Shown: positions 15,101-31,414 of the stretch, one piece after another | Layout of the letters: each line of letters opens with the position of its first letter | How positions within the stretch are numbered: the first letter of the stretch is position 1 | Assembly: GCF_009914755.1 (NCBI RefSeq) | Contig: NC_060947.1 | DNA from: the human T2T-CHM13v2.0 reference genome, Homo sapiens | Length of the DNA stretch: 64,000 nucleotides | Direction: 5' to 3' (one strand) | Program-made: the position numbers and the translations under genes | Notes under the pieces: generated by a model | What the model was told of the DNA's origin: nothing | Databases searched by the model: none | What the model saw: the letters and a program-made list of their open reading frames with translations, nothing else

Positions 15101-15739
15101 CAGTGTGATAGTACTTGATACTCAACAAAGTGTAACTACTATACCTGTTATTAATAATAAAAAATAATAGTAATGAGTGACCATAGCAAATCCCTCTGCA
15201 TGAATTCACTAGGGTTTGTGACTGTTGTTCTACACTTTGACCAGAAGCATCTAGTGGTTGTGCATTCTTCACATGATTTTCATTCATAACAAAGGTTTGA
15301 TAGACTCTTACTCCCTCAACCTCAAATCTGCCATCAGAATGGGCCTGCATTCCATAATTCACTGAAGAGATACCTTGTTACAGTCCTGAATAGAGATTGT
15401 GGCTGGGGCTGGGACCAGGGAGCTGCGGAGGTGAGATCTGATGGTGAGACTGAATGAAGGATGTTGCTGAAGAAAATGTTATGGAGGAGGAGGCTGATGC
15501 CCACACAGCATCCTTAGGGAAACGGTAGAAGTTTTCACAGGAGATTTTGTGACTTTTTGCTGTGGGGTCTGCAGCATCAGTGCTCTTTCCTGTCCTGACA
15601 ATGTCCCCTCCCCCAGATGATCCTACCTCCAGCCCTCAGTAATTGGTTGCTCATTTAGGTGAGTGTCTGTGTGTCATCCAAGTGGTGGGTGTTGTATAAT
15701 AGATTCAGTGATGGGAAGAGCTACTGTTTACTTAATCTA

Positions 15740-16030
15740 CTGAGTTCCCAAGTGTTTTACATGTATTATCTCACTTAGATCTCACAATGTCCATGTAGAG
15801 TAACTATTTCCCTTATCTCTTTTATACAGATGAGGAATCTGAGGCTCAGCATGGTTAAGGGAGACAACATTCTCACAGCCTGTAGAACCTGTAGAGCTTG
15901 GAGATTAGGAAAGTGGACTCCTGGGTGGAATACCTGGCTCTTCTTCTTAGAAGAGCTATGTGATCTGGAGCTAATCACTTAATATCTAAGCTTCAATTTC
16001 TTCACCTATAAAGTGGGAATAAGCAGCACA
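15740..16030. mobile_element. MIR fragments
   Basis: TACAGATGAGGAATCTGAGGCTCAG and TTTCTTCACCTATAAAGTGGGAATAA core motifs. Confidence 0.6.
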
Positions 16031-17405
16031 TCAAAACATTCAGTCTGTTTTTGCTCAGTGCACAATGTTGCAGTTTGAAATCTATCCTGCTGCAGGTTCT
16101 CTTTATCTCACTCTCCCTGCCTTCCCCCTGCATACACAAGCCTCTCACAACAGTGTGTATGCTGGTGTAGGGAATACTGTGCTTGACTCCGCAACATCCA
16201 TTGTATTCCAAGATCTTTCCATCTCAGACTTTAATGGTCATCCTTTCTATCTTCAGAAATGGGTATGTGACCCAGTGTTGGCCTAGGTGAAAGAAGAAAA
16301 TATATCCTGGGGACTCCTGTGAAATAATTTTTTGCTCCTAGGAAATAGCAGACACACAAATTCCTCTTTTGCTTAGGGATATAAACATTTTAATCCATGA
16401 GGCCTGGAAAAATTATAGCTATCTTGAGACCACCTTGAGGTTTAACCCAGCATGTAAAAGGGTAGAGCACATAGGAAAGAACTTGGGTACATGACGACAT
16501 CTTTAGTCCCTTGAAATGTCAAAGGAGGATTAGAGTACTTAGCTTGAACATCTGTTGGGAGGCTCGAGTGAAATGAGCATAAGACCTGCAATTCTTCTTG
16601 GAAAAAGGAACAGCCAGCTCCTTTGCCACTCACAGCCTTCATGACTGGCTTCATCCTCTAGCCTTGTCTCTCCATCCTCTTTCATATTTACATATTCATT
16701 CATTCATTTAATGAAATAAGCAGGCAGTGAGGGCCTGTGCTGCACCATGGCCTGCTCTAGGAATAGGGGATAAAGCAGTGGCCACAACAGATAGCACATC
16801 TGCTTTACTGGACCCCATGTTCCTTCATAGAAGAGAGAGTGTATACTAATAGACAAATATAAACATGATGGAAACCTAATGGGCTTGTTTTCTGTAACTT
16901 TTTCCCTTCAGGGACCATGAATAGTTTTGTGTGTAAGGACTGAGAATCTCAAGGCACATGTAGAATTGGGGCTACTCAATTACATGTCTCATGCATTGAT
17001 TGGTTCTTTGGCTAAACACAGCAGGCTTTTCTTGGGGCTTTCTTTTTTCTGCAACCATTGGGTTCTCTGGATTGCCTGCTTCTCCAGTTTCCATTGTGGA
17101 ATATATAAGGCAGTAAGAACATTCAGGGCATGAAGCAGAAGGAAGCAGATTCCTCCACCCACAGCACGAATTTCTGCATGTTGGTGCTAGTGCCTCAGCT
17201 TAATAGATACAGGAGCTTTCCATTTGGTCTGGTATCTCTTGTGTGGGAGTGCTAATAGCATGCTCATGCCTGCTGCATGGATCTCATGGAATCATTGGGT
17301 TAATTAAAAATTGTTGAGGGTGTAGGTATTTAGCTTTGTTTTTCATGACAAATAATTGATAATCACTCATTAATCGTTTACCTTTTTCTGAAAGATACTC
17401 TGCAT

Positions 17406-17558
17406 TATGTGTGTTTGTATGTGTGTATGTGTGTGTATATAGATCTTTTATATGTGTATATATGTATATATACATATATAAGGGATATGTGTATATATAC
17501 ATATATAAGGGATAAACTGCCTGTCACATATATGTGTATAGCTATAAGACATGCAGAT

Positions 17559-17597
<39 letters not shown>

Positions 17598-17745
17598 TAT
17601 GTATCTTTTATGTGTGTGTGTATATATGTATTATATGTATTGGATTTTGACAAGGAACTGGGTGAGCTGCAGGTTAAATTATGTGTGTGTATATGTATAT
17701 TATATATATACATATAAACACACACACATATATAAAAGACATGCA
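17406..17745. repeat. (TA)/(TG)/(CA) low-complexity repeat
   Basis: Directly visible alternating purine-pyrimidine tracts. Confidence 0.9.
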
Positions 17746-17929
17746 GATTATCCCTATGTCCTCTTCTCTGACTGTTCTTCCCATGGCCCTCCTTTGCCTG
17801 AACTCAACTACCCCACACAGACTTGCCTTCAATATTTATGCACCTTGGTTGTTCTTTTCAGACTAACTTACTGAGTAGAAGTTTACCAGGTCCAACAGGA
17901 TCCTGTCGTTGTCACCCTGTCATCTTCTG

Positions 17930-18370
17930 CCTTCTGTTCAGGCCTCATTCCTGCTCCCAGCTGCACTGGTGTCCTTGCAGTGTCTGTGCTTTGTCAGGCA
18001 GGCTCTGCCTCTGACACTTTTTCCAAACTGTTTGATCTGTCTGGAAAGTTCTGACCCCATGTATCTGCTTGGCTGACTCCTCTGCCCTTTCACATCTTCG
18101 TCAAAATGTCACTTTCTCAATGCAGCCTACCCTGGTCACTCTGTGTAATAATTTAATCTGCAGCTCACCCAGTTCCTTGTCAAACTCCAAATTTCCCTTG
18201 CCTTGCTTGACTCTCCCCTTTTCTACAGCACTTAACACTTTCTAAAATACCGTGCAATTTGTGAATTTAGCACACTGACTAGTTACAGTCTTTCTCAATG
18301 TCACCACCTTCAGAATCTAAGACATTGCCTGAAAGCTGGCAGGTGTCAATGAATGTTTGTTGAACTAATT
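17930..18370 (-). mobile_element. L2 remnant
   Basis: AAATGTCACTTTCTCAATGCAGCCTACCCTG..CAATGAATGTTTGTTGAA, typical of the L2 3' end. Confidence 0.6.
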
Positions 18371-18721
18371 GATCTTTTGGAAGTAGCATAAATAGGAACA
18401 TCATTTCCATTCCTGTCAGGAGATAAGATGGAATTTACCTTCGTAGGCACAATATGTGTGACTTTAAAAAAAATTGCATACATTGCAAATCTGTCTAGTC
18501 AGCTATGAGGTGTTCAATGGCTAGAACATGAGAAATTTTTCTATGAAATTCCACATAGTAGCTGGCACAGTTCTCAATCTAGTGTGAAATTTAAGTACCA
18601 TTTCCCAAGTCTCAAACAGTAAATGACATCTTTAGAGTTTATGTTTCTGATGCATATAAGTATTTTTCATTTAATATATATTTTTGATTCAAAAAGTATC
18701 ATTTGATAAATGCAATGATAA

Positions 18722-19180
<459 letters not shown>

Positions 19181-19679
19181 ATAAAGATATCACCTCCGTG
19201 ATATCTTTAGTAAGAGGATTAAGAGATATATAACTAATTTAACTAACATACTAGGAAGCATTTCTTACACTTTACTGACATAATTGCATTTAGTTCATAT
19301 AGCTGAAGTCCTCTGTGTTTGGTAATATTACAATTCCTTTTTCTCAGATCAGAACGCTGAGGCACAAAGAACTTGTGTAATTTGCAAATGATTGCAGAGT
19401 TTTAAAATAGCATAGAAGGGATTAGAATTCATGGAGGTTATTTTGGAGTATAATAAAATGCATCCTTAAAAAAAAGCTACCTTGCTCATTGTGTTAGTAG
19501 GGATGATTCTGAATGAAAGTAACAGAATATTCCTACCTAAACTGTTTCAAGCCACGAAGCAATTCCTATTCATTAACAAAAAATGAGTGGGTTTTGTTGG
19601 TACAGGTATTGGAGGGGCCTACAAAGAGTTCCAATGAGATATCAGTAGATATCTATTACAGCAGCTGAATTGGCTATTA

Positions 19680-20270
19680 TAAATGAGAGCAAATGTCCAC
19701 AAAAAGACTTGTTCATAGAAGCTTTGTTTGTAATAGCCCAAATCTTAGAGCCAACATGTCCATCAAGAGGTGAATGGATAAAGAAACCATGGCATATCCA
19801 TACCATGGAATGCTAATCAGCAACTTTTGATACACACAACAAACTGTATGGACCTTGAGGGCATTATGCTGAATGGAAAAGGCCAACCCCAAAAGGACAC
19901 ATATTGCATGATTCTTTTTTAAGTAACAGTCTTAAAATGAAATGATTAGAGAGATGGAGAACAGTTGAGTTATTACCTGAGCTTAGAGATGGTGCTGGGA
20001 TGGTGGTGAGTGTGACTACAAAGGGATAGCATGAGAAAGATCTTTATGGTGATGAAACAGTTTTGTAATTTGATTGGATTGGTGATTACACATATCTCCA
20101 CATATGATAAAATGACACAACTACATACACATTGTTCCAATGTCAATTTCCTGATTTTGATACTATACTATAGTTATGTAAGCTATAAACTGTCTTGGGG
20201 GAAACAAGGTGAAGGGTGTATTATCTTTGCAACTTCTTGTGCATCTATAATTTCAAAATAAAAAGTGAAC
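19680..20270 (+). mobile_element. Ancient L1 (L1MC/ME-type) 3' end
   Basis: ATGTCCATCAAGAGGTGAATGGATAAAG...CATTATGCTGAATGGAAAAGGCCAACCCCAAAAG. Confidence 0.7.
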
Positions 20271-20759
20271 ACAAACACACACACACAAGTATATTTCAAC
20301 AGACCTAGTGCTTCTGGGATCCAATCAATAAAGTGAAATGAAACCATTTAAAAAACAGGAAATCAGAAACACTGCGTAGATGCTTTATACCTTATTGTCA
20401 ACATGGTAAGGGAGGAAAGACTGAAACCTAAGGAGGGAAAATGACAGCTTGCACCATGAAAACAATATTACCAAGAGTATAGAATCATTGCTACCCGGTT
20501 GCCATTGCCAAAAAGCAACTGCTTCCAGCATATGCCAGGGTGATGCTAAAATACTGGAGGACAGATGCTGATGCCACAATTGGATTGAATTGCCAGCTGA
20601 TGTGATTCTTTGTCATAAGACTGGATGCTGTTACTCCTCCTGACCATGTTTTCAAAAGGATTCCACTCAAGCAGTTGGTAATGTTGACGTTCATGACCCC
20701 ATTTATTTTGATCTTCCTTTACCTGAGGATGGTAGTCTCAAGAGTTTTTCTGCTTATGT

Positions 20760-21152
20760 TTATAGGAGCCTCTGAAATGATGCTTCTGTTTCAGGCTTCT
20801 GTTTTGGGTTCTTCTTCTTTCTTTCCTGTGCCCTTTCTTGTAGGAGAGTAGGCTGGATAGTTCCAGGATTGAGCATCAAGTTATTGAGTTCTTGTGTTAG
20901 GTTATCCCAGGAAGAATGGGAGGTTACTTTCTTCCTGGTTGAGATCCCAGAAGTGTTTCCCATATACCCCTGGCAGCAGTGGCATTCACATTTGAATCTC
21001 TTCTGATCTGTATCACGTGAGAAGGAGGCTTTTGCTTTTCTGTCAACCTGATAAGGTGCCATGGGCTTGATATATCTCTGTCTCATGCATTCTACTAACT
21101 TTTTTTTCTTCTGGGGTAACCTTGAACTTTCCCACTGCTGATCTTCCAGCCG
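20760..21152 (-). pseudogene. FAM156-like (PGC7/Stella family) terminal coding exon; pseudogene or unannotated gene
   Basis: Open 130-codon frame RLEDQQWESSRLPQKKKKLVECMRQRYIKPMAPYQVDRKAK..QKRFKCECHCCQ..SSWDNLTQELNNLMLNPGTIQP..FQRLL aligns by eye with recalled FAM156A (LEERRWE..MAPYAVGREAR..QNRFRCECRYCQ..SSWETLVQGLSGLTLSLGTNQP..FQRLL); polypyrimidine tract plus AG at 21153; AATAAA at 20707-20702. Confidence 0.75.
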
Positions 21153-21537
21153 CTCAAAGAAAAAAACATATATTAGAAACACAAAGATTGTGTTTAAAAC
21201 ATGTTATGTTGCATATTATTCCTGGAATGCCTATAAAAACACCTACACACATTTCAGGAAGAGTCCCTGATAATTTCAGCAACTGAAATCTAATAAATTT
21301 ATTTAGTAATTTCTTTTGGTAAGCACCAACATAAGCAAATAATGTAGTCCAAAAATGGGGAAATATTGGCTTTAACCCTATTTTATCCCCACTGGATTAC
21401 ACATGCCACAAGAAACCTCAGGATCACACATCTTCAAGTGGAGAGTACATATCACAATTTCTAAAGTTACAAATACTGAGATCTTTTGCAGCACTGCTCC
21501 TCAAAAAGCCTACTCTTTGGCTTACAAAAAAATCTCA

Positions 21538-21835
21538 GGCCAGGCACGGTGGCTCATGCCTGTAATCCCAGCACTTTGGGCGGCCAAGGTGGGCAGATCA
21601 CGAGGTCAGGAGATCGAGACCATCCTGGCCAACATGGTGAAACCCCGTCTCTACTAAAATACAAAAAATTATCCAGTGTAGTGTCATGCACCTGTAGTCC
21701 CACCTACTCGGGAGGCTGAGGTAGGGGAATTGCTTGAACCTGGGAGGTGGAGGTTTCAGTGAGCTGAGATCGCATCACTGTACTCCAGCCTGGTGACAGA
21801 GCAAGACTCGGAAAAAAAAAAAAAAAAAAAAAAAG
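21538..21835 (+). mobile_element. AluS (AluSc-like), full length
   Basis: GGCCAGGCACGGTGGCTCA..AGATCACGAGGTCAGGAGATCGAGACCATCCTGGCC, poly(A), degenerate TSD ending CTCA. Confidence 0.9.
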
Positions 21836-22979
21836 AAAAACACCTCAGACTCCCTCCATTAGTTGCATGTAATACGAGGCAGTCCTATCTCAATGGGCAC
21901 CTCGAGATTCTTAGGCCCCACGAATAAATGTATTCCTGATCCTAGGAGGTAAGATACTAGGGACAGTGATGCATTTACATTTTCATTTATTTGGACTGGA
22001 AGAATGAAAGCAATAAAAGCAAGCCCCAGCTAATTCAGCTCCTTATGACTCCTCTCTCCCTCAGCTACAGTTACTCACTCTAGAGGCTTAAATATTCAAT
22101 ATTCCTTGGAACAAATATGTGCTCAAATTGCTCATTACCTAGAGTTTCCTTCACCAGCCCACATCCTTTCTTAAGACAAGCAAAAGACTTGAAAAAAGGA
22201 AAGTGAACCGAAAGAGAAAGTCATTGGCCACAGATTCCATTTGGTGGGTGATTTCCTACATTTTACTCTTCCAGTCTTTTGCAAGATTTCCCTCTAATTC
22301 AGTCTTACACACACTTACTGAGTGCCTGTCTCATGACCTCCCCTGTGTCAGTGATACAGAGATATGTGACAGATAATAAAAACCACTTATTTAGTGTAGC
22401 CTGTGGGCCAGGTACTGAGAGTTGGGAGTTTTAGATCCATTAACTTACTAATCCTCCCTGCAACTTACAAAGTAGGTAAGATTATTGTTATTTTGCAGAT
22501 GAAGAAACTGAGGCTTAATGGCAGAATGACTTAAGTGTCAGGGCCAGGATTGGAATTCATTTGTGTTCTATATTATACCAAAACCAATGTCAATAATAAT
22601 TGTGAATCCAAGAGTAAAGGGGGCTGGGAATGAAAATGTAGTCAGGATTAGGTCATGGAAAGCATCGAATGTTGTGATAACAGTAGCAAAAAAGGCACAG
22701 ACCATATGACAGCCTGGAACAAACTCCATCCAGCATGAAGCTGCAATATCTCTGGGGACAGAATTGGGCATGAGCTCAACTGATCCAGACAATATATGGG
22801 TTATATATTTATAATTGCTAGACATGGACACATGCATTGGGAGTGGGTGATTCGTGTTCAGGATCCCAATGAAGTGGGTGATGAATGGAAGAAAAGCTGA
22901 GAACACTGCATTAGAGGAAGAAGTGGCTCTTGGCAAGACCCTCTAACTCTCTGAACCTGTTTTCTCCCTGTAACTAAAG

Positions 22980-26330
<3,351 letters not shown>

Positions 26331-27902
26331 TAAAATCCACTATTTCTTGTTGCATTGTGTATGAGTGATTAGCACAGGGCCTGTCCATTTTAGGCTTTTT
26401 AGAAATAGCCACATTTTCCCTTCTAAAATTGATTCTAAGAAATAACTGATTGAATGTAAAAAGACTTATGATCAAAGATGTTTACAGTAGCCTTTTTTTT
26501 TTTTTGTAATAATGGACAATGTATGGCTCTAGAGCCTGTGAACTTTCCATCACATGTTTCAAGTAAAGATATTGACATTGCTGGGAACAACTGTGGAAGG
26601 TCACAGTGAAAGGTCAGTTACTGGGGTGAAGTTAGTAGACAGATTTAAATGCTGGGCCAGTTTCCTGTTACTTGCAAATTATAAGCAGAAACACTTGAAT
26701 TTTACTAGAAAGAATATGAAGAAGGTGGATTTAAAATTTTCTGAATGGACCAAGATTTAATTCTGGCTCAGAAAAGGGTACTTAAAAGTAGAATCTATTT
26801 ATTATACTTGATATGTCTGTCTGCTTGAAAATATTTGTAAAATATTTTATTTTGATTTTTAAACAGTATGGAAGTGCCTCAAAAAACTAAAAAAAAAAAA
26901 AAAAAATAGAACTATCATATGATACAGCAATTCCACTACTGTGTATACACCGAAAAGAAAGGCCCTCAATTAATGTTTATATCTGGAATGAATGAAGTGC
27001 TTGGTACAGAGAGGGTGCTGAGTGAACTACAGCCTTTATTATTGCTGCTTTCCTGGTTGATTGAAGCTAAGAGGAGAGGAGATAGTCAATGAGAGAACAG
27101 TACAAGTTGCCAAGACACTGAGGAAGGAAATTGCTTGGATGTGGTCACCAACATCCACCTAGTTGCCTAGACCAGCACCCTAGCAGTCGTTCTTGATTGA
27201 GCAGGTGCCACCCTTATTAGTCAAATGGTCCACACCCAGCATGGAGAGGAGCCCTGAGGCAGGAAGTAGGAGCCGGATTCCTTTGTAGTTTCCTTTATGC
27301 CACCTCATCAAGCCTCAAGTTTATAAGTGCTTCAAATTCCCAGTCACTCCCTGTTCTGTTGTCAGTATTTATAACAGATATTAATATTAATATTACCCCT
27401 CTAAATATGAATGCAATTCCAGTGCAATCTGATCATTCCCTCCCATTAAATGACTATCAAGAGTAATGACAATGATTATTATTTCCAATCACGATGTGTT
27501 GAACACATCAACACTGTAATATAAACTATGAACCCTAATGTATACAGGGGGAAAATGAAGCTCAGCAAGAAATAGTGGCAAGGCTAAAGAGCCAGTTAGT
27601 TGGAGAACATTGTGGTGGCATATGTACACAGTGGAATAGTATTCAGCCTTTAAAAAGAAGGAAAGACAGAAATCTTGTTACATGCAACAACATGGATTAA
27701 CCTGGTGGCCATTATTTAAGTTAAATAAGCTAGGCACAGAAAGAAAAATATTGCATGATCTCACTTACATGTGAATCTAGAAAGTTGAACCTAGAAGCAA
27801 AGAGTAGAATGGGGTTACCAGGGCTGGGGAGTGAGTGGGGAGATATTGGTTAAAGAATGCAAAGTTTCAGATAGGAGGAATAAATTCAAGAGGTTTATTG
27901 TA

Positions 27903-30494
27903 TGCTGCTCTGTCTATGGAGTAGCTGTTCTTTTATTCTTTTACTTTCTTAATAAACTTGCTTTCACTTTGCACTGTGGACTCGCCCTAAATTCTTTCTT
28001 GCATGAGATCCAAGAACCCTCTCTTGGGGTCTGGATCCAGACCCCTGTCCTGTAACATATTTCTGGCAACCACAGAAGGGACTATAGTGCAGAAACCCTG
28101 ACTCAACGGCTAACTTTGGGTAAGTGTTGGGGTCCTGTAACATCTTTCTGGTGAATCCTGAAGGGACAATACTGAAGAAACCACCCCCACCAACCCAAAG
28201 GAAATAGAGTGCAGCACTGATTGGATGACTTTGGGTAAGTGGTGGGGTACTTGAGTAAAGAATGGGATTGGGTTAGAGGCCCAACTTAGGGGAGTTAGAG
28301 TCTCTCCTAAGACAGAGTGGGTTAGAGGCCCCTCTTAATAAAAGGCAAGGATGCTTGACTGACCTTGGGTTAGAGGCCTGACTTAGGAGGGTTAGGGTCC
28401 CTTCTAAGATTCAGGGGGTTAGAGGCTCCTGTCGGTAAAGTCCCTCTCAGCTAAGAACGGGTTCGGCACTGTGGAATGTGAACTGCTATTCTCTTTGGAT
28501 TAATCTGCCTTGCATTCTTTGCTGATGGCTATGGGTGATAAGATTAGGCATGTACAGGATTGTGGGACATGGGAAGCTTTTTCCTCCCTAAAAGGGGAAA
28601 CTCGAGAGCTGATAGGATTGCTGGAAAAGATCCCTGCTCAACTGGCAGCAGCCGCCTGAACTTTTCAGTGTCACTGCAATGGGTGGGTCTTTCTCTGGCT
28701 TCCCTGATCATTTCGCCGTCCCCACCCTGCCACAGGCAATGCTTTTCTTTCTCTCCTTTCTCTTTCTTTTCTATTACTCAGGGCAACAATCTTGCCCAGA
28801 AACCACATGTTGAAACTCCTGGTCGGAGGCTGGATTAACAATGACAGGGCCCAACCAGGGAAAAGTTTAAACCTTGCGAGTTTAATTGTGGGTGCTAACC
28901 AGAGTGGGTAATGTCTATATTTTTTCACATGGATTTTGCTCTGGCCAGAACAGAAAAAGATAATTTTTCCTTTGTGTTGTTGCTTGGTGCCTAGGGCTAT
29001 GGTGTAGCCAGCCGGGTCACTAGGCCTGCTCAGGGAAAGGGAACTCAGAAGCCTGGCATGCCAGCAAAAGGATAAGAATTTCTTACCAGTCAGATTTCTG
29101 GCACTTTCTCTCTCTGTGTGTGTGTGTGTATGTGTGTGTGTAAACTGGATGTTTCCCTCTGGTCAGTTATGCCCTTGGGAGCTTGACCTTGTAACGATGT
29201 GGCCATGCTTTCTCTTTTCACAATGGCAGCCTGGGTTCAGGGTTCAATTCCCAGCTTAGGGGATGATCCTTTATCTTCTATCTGTCTATGTATTTATATG
29301 CGTTATGTGTGTGATGTTTATATATGAAAGAGCTTTAGTTAGTTTGAAAATAAGAGCTTAAATCAAATATTTTTTCAGGAAAGTAAAAAGTGTACTGCCT
29401 TTTAGTTATGTTTCAAGAACTGTGGCACACTTGTTATTAAATTCTAATCTCATCAGTTGTTTTTAAGTTTGTTTCTGCAATTTAGGCTAACCCTGCTTAT
29501 GCCTGTAAACCAACCAGTGATCTCTGACTGCTGCTCAGAAGAAACAAGAGGGATGATGGGTAATGTAAAAATCTGGATCAGTATTCTAATTCTGGGCACA
29601 TTACAATCAGCTAACAAACCCATATCAGCTTAATTCCAATAGTTGCTCAGTTCATGAAAAACTTTCTAATTTAGTTTACTTGGAATAACTTTACCTATTT
29701 TGCTTTACTCTTGTGGAATATATTGCTGTTATACTCTTTGTGTAGGAATACAGGACAAGCTTACTGAATGTTTTCTTAAACTAAACACGTATTAATCTTC
29801 CAGATATCACCTCTTGTCAAAACTCAAGAATCATAAATGGCCCTCAATATACTGATGCTTTCTAACTGAGTTCCTCTCTACCCTGAACACAAGAGACCCT
29901 AATAGTTAGGCAGGAATATCGTCGCCCCTGCTCAACCTGAAGAAGTTACAGAAGATGGATCTTCATCCCTCTACAACCCTTAGGGTTAAGGGTTCACTTA
30001 TAAAAGGGAGGGGGGAAATGTCAGAGGCATGTGAACCAGAACTACCCCATCTTGAATTGGAGCTGGGTAAAATGAGGCTGAAATCTACTGGGCTCCATTC
30101 CCAGATGGTTAAGGCATTCTAAGTCACAGGGTGAGATAGGAGGTCGGCACAAAAGACACGTCATAAAGACCTTGCTGATAAAACAGGTTGCAGTAAAGGA
30201 GCTGGCTTAAACCCACCAAAACCAAAATGGCAACGGGAGTGACCTCTGGTTGTCCTCACTGCTACACTCCCACCAGTGCCATGACAGTTTACAAATGCCA
30301 TGGCAACATCAGGAAGTTACCCTATATGGCCTAAAAAGGGGAAGCGTGAATAATCCACCCCTTGTTTGGCATATCATCAAGAAATAACCATAAAAATGGG
30401 CAACCAGCAGCCCTTGGGGCTGCTCTGTTTATGGAGTAGCCATTTTCATTTTCTTTTACTTTCTTAATAAACTTGCTTTCACTTTGAAAAAAAA
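27903..30494 (+). mobile_element. MER41A-like ERV1 element with mRNA structure (R-U5, PBS, internal region, PPT, U3-R, A tail)
   Basis: R-U5 27903-28057 ending TGTAACA, PBS-like TGGCAACCAC, PPT AAAAGGGAGGGGGGAAA 30002-30018, LTR start TGTCAGAGGCATGTGAACCAG at 30019, ending after AATAAA..CACTTT with an A run. Confidence 0.85.
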
Positions 30495-30669
30495 TCTATT
30501 GTACATCATGTTGACTATAATAATGACAATGTATTGTATTCTTGAAAATAGCTAGAAGATTTTGTGTTCCCTCCACACACAAAAAATGCTAAGTATGTGA
30601 AGTAATGCCTGTGTTAGTTAGCTTGATTAAGCCATTCAACAATGAAGATGTATCTCAAAACATCATGTA

Positions 30670-31414
30670 AACCAGGCACAGTAGTGTTCCCCTGTAATCC
30701 TAGCTACTCAGGTGTTGGAATTTGCTCAGGATGGTGGCAGAAATATTAGGGAAAGTTATAGGGAATAGTCACAAACCTTTTTGGAAGGCCGAAAGGTTAC
30801 ATAGCTTGTAATAATTGAACAGGCTGAAGGCGGCTTGTTCTTACCTTAGGGCATTAGGTCATAGGGTAAATACTAGGGACAATAGAGGCTTCCCCAGTTA
30901 AGTCTGTTTATCCTACCTCCATTAACTAACCTTTGAGCCAGATGGCCCTATGGGGGGGGAGAGGGAAGGTCGACCAGGGAAATTGCACCCTAGTGGTATT
31001 TACTTTAGATCACAGTACCTGAGCTTTAATCATTCATAAAACTTCTCTCTTAATCATGTTAATTATCCACGAGTGTGTTTACTCCAAGCTTCTTTTGTTA
31101 ATTCTATTCCAAATAAATGCCTGAAGTGCGAGCTGCTCAGGGCCACGGCTGCCATTGTTTACAGGACTCTCCTTGGAGTCTGTGAGTGGCCTCGGACCCT
31201 CAGCTGCACTGGCGAAGCAGAATATCTGTGTGTCAATATACTTGATTCATCTGTTGCTGGGCCAGGGGTCTGCAAGGGACAGACTCCCTGCAGCTAGTGC
31301 CCCTGCAAAAGGAGCACTGCCTCACTCAGGAGGCTGAGGTGGGAGAATTGCTTGAGCCCAAGAGTTTGAGACCAGCCTGGACAACATAGTGATACTCCAT
31401 CTCAAAAAAAAAAA
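30670..31414 (+). mobile_element. FLAM/Alu monomer split by an LTR (30670-30712 and 31325-31414)
   Basis: TGTAATCCTAGCTACTCAGG|AGGCTGAGGTGGGAGAATTGCTTGAGCCC rejoins across the LTR. Confidence 0.85.
30713..31324 (+). mobile_element. ERVK-class solo LTR (LTR22/HML-5-like)
   Basis: TG...CA termini, AATAAA near 31112, 6-bp TSD CTCAGG (30707-30712, 31325-31330), typical of betaretroviral integrase. Confidence 0.8.

Noticed and set aside
22568-22936. 122-aa hydrophobic minus-strand ORF upstream of the FAM156-like exon
   Set aside because: No ATG start at the annotated position, no recognisable homology or clear splice pair; not enough support.
28049-28430. Short interspersed repeats (GGGTTAGAGGC; duplicated U5/PBS-like unit) resembling an array
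   Set aside because: Irregular degenerate repeats in the ERV leader; not a CRISPR array, and the context is eukaryotic.
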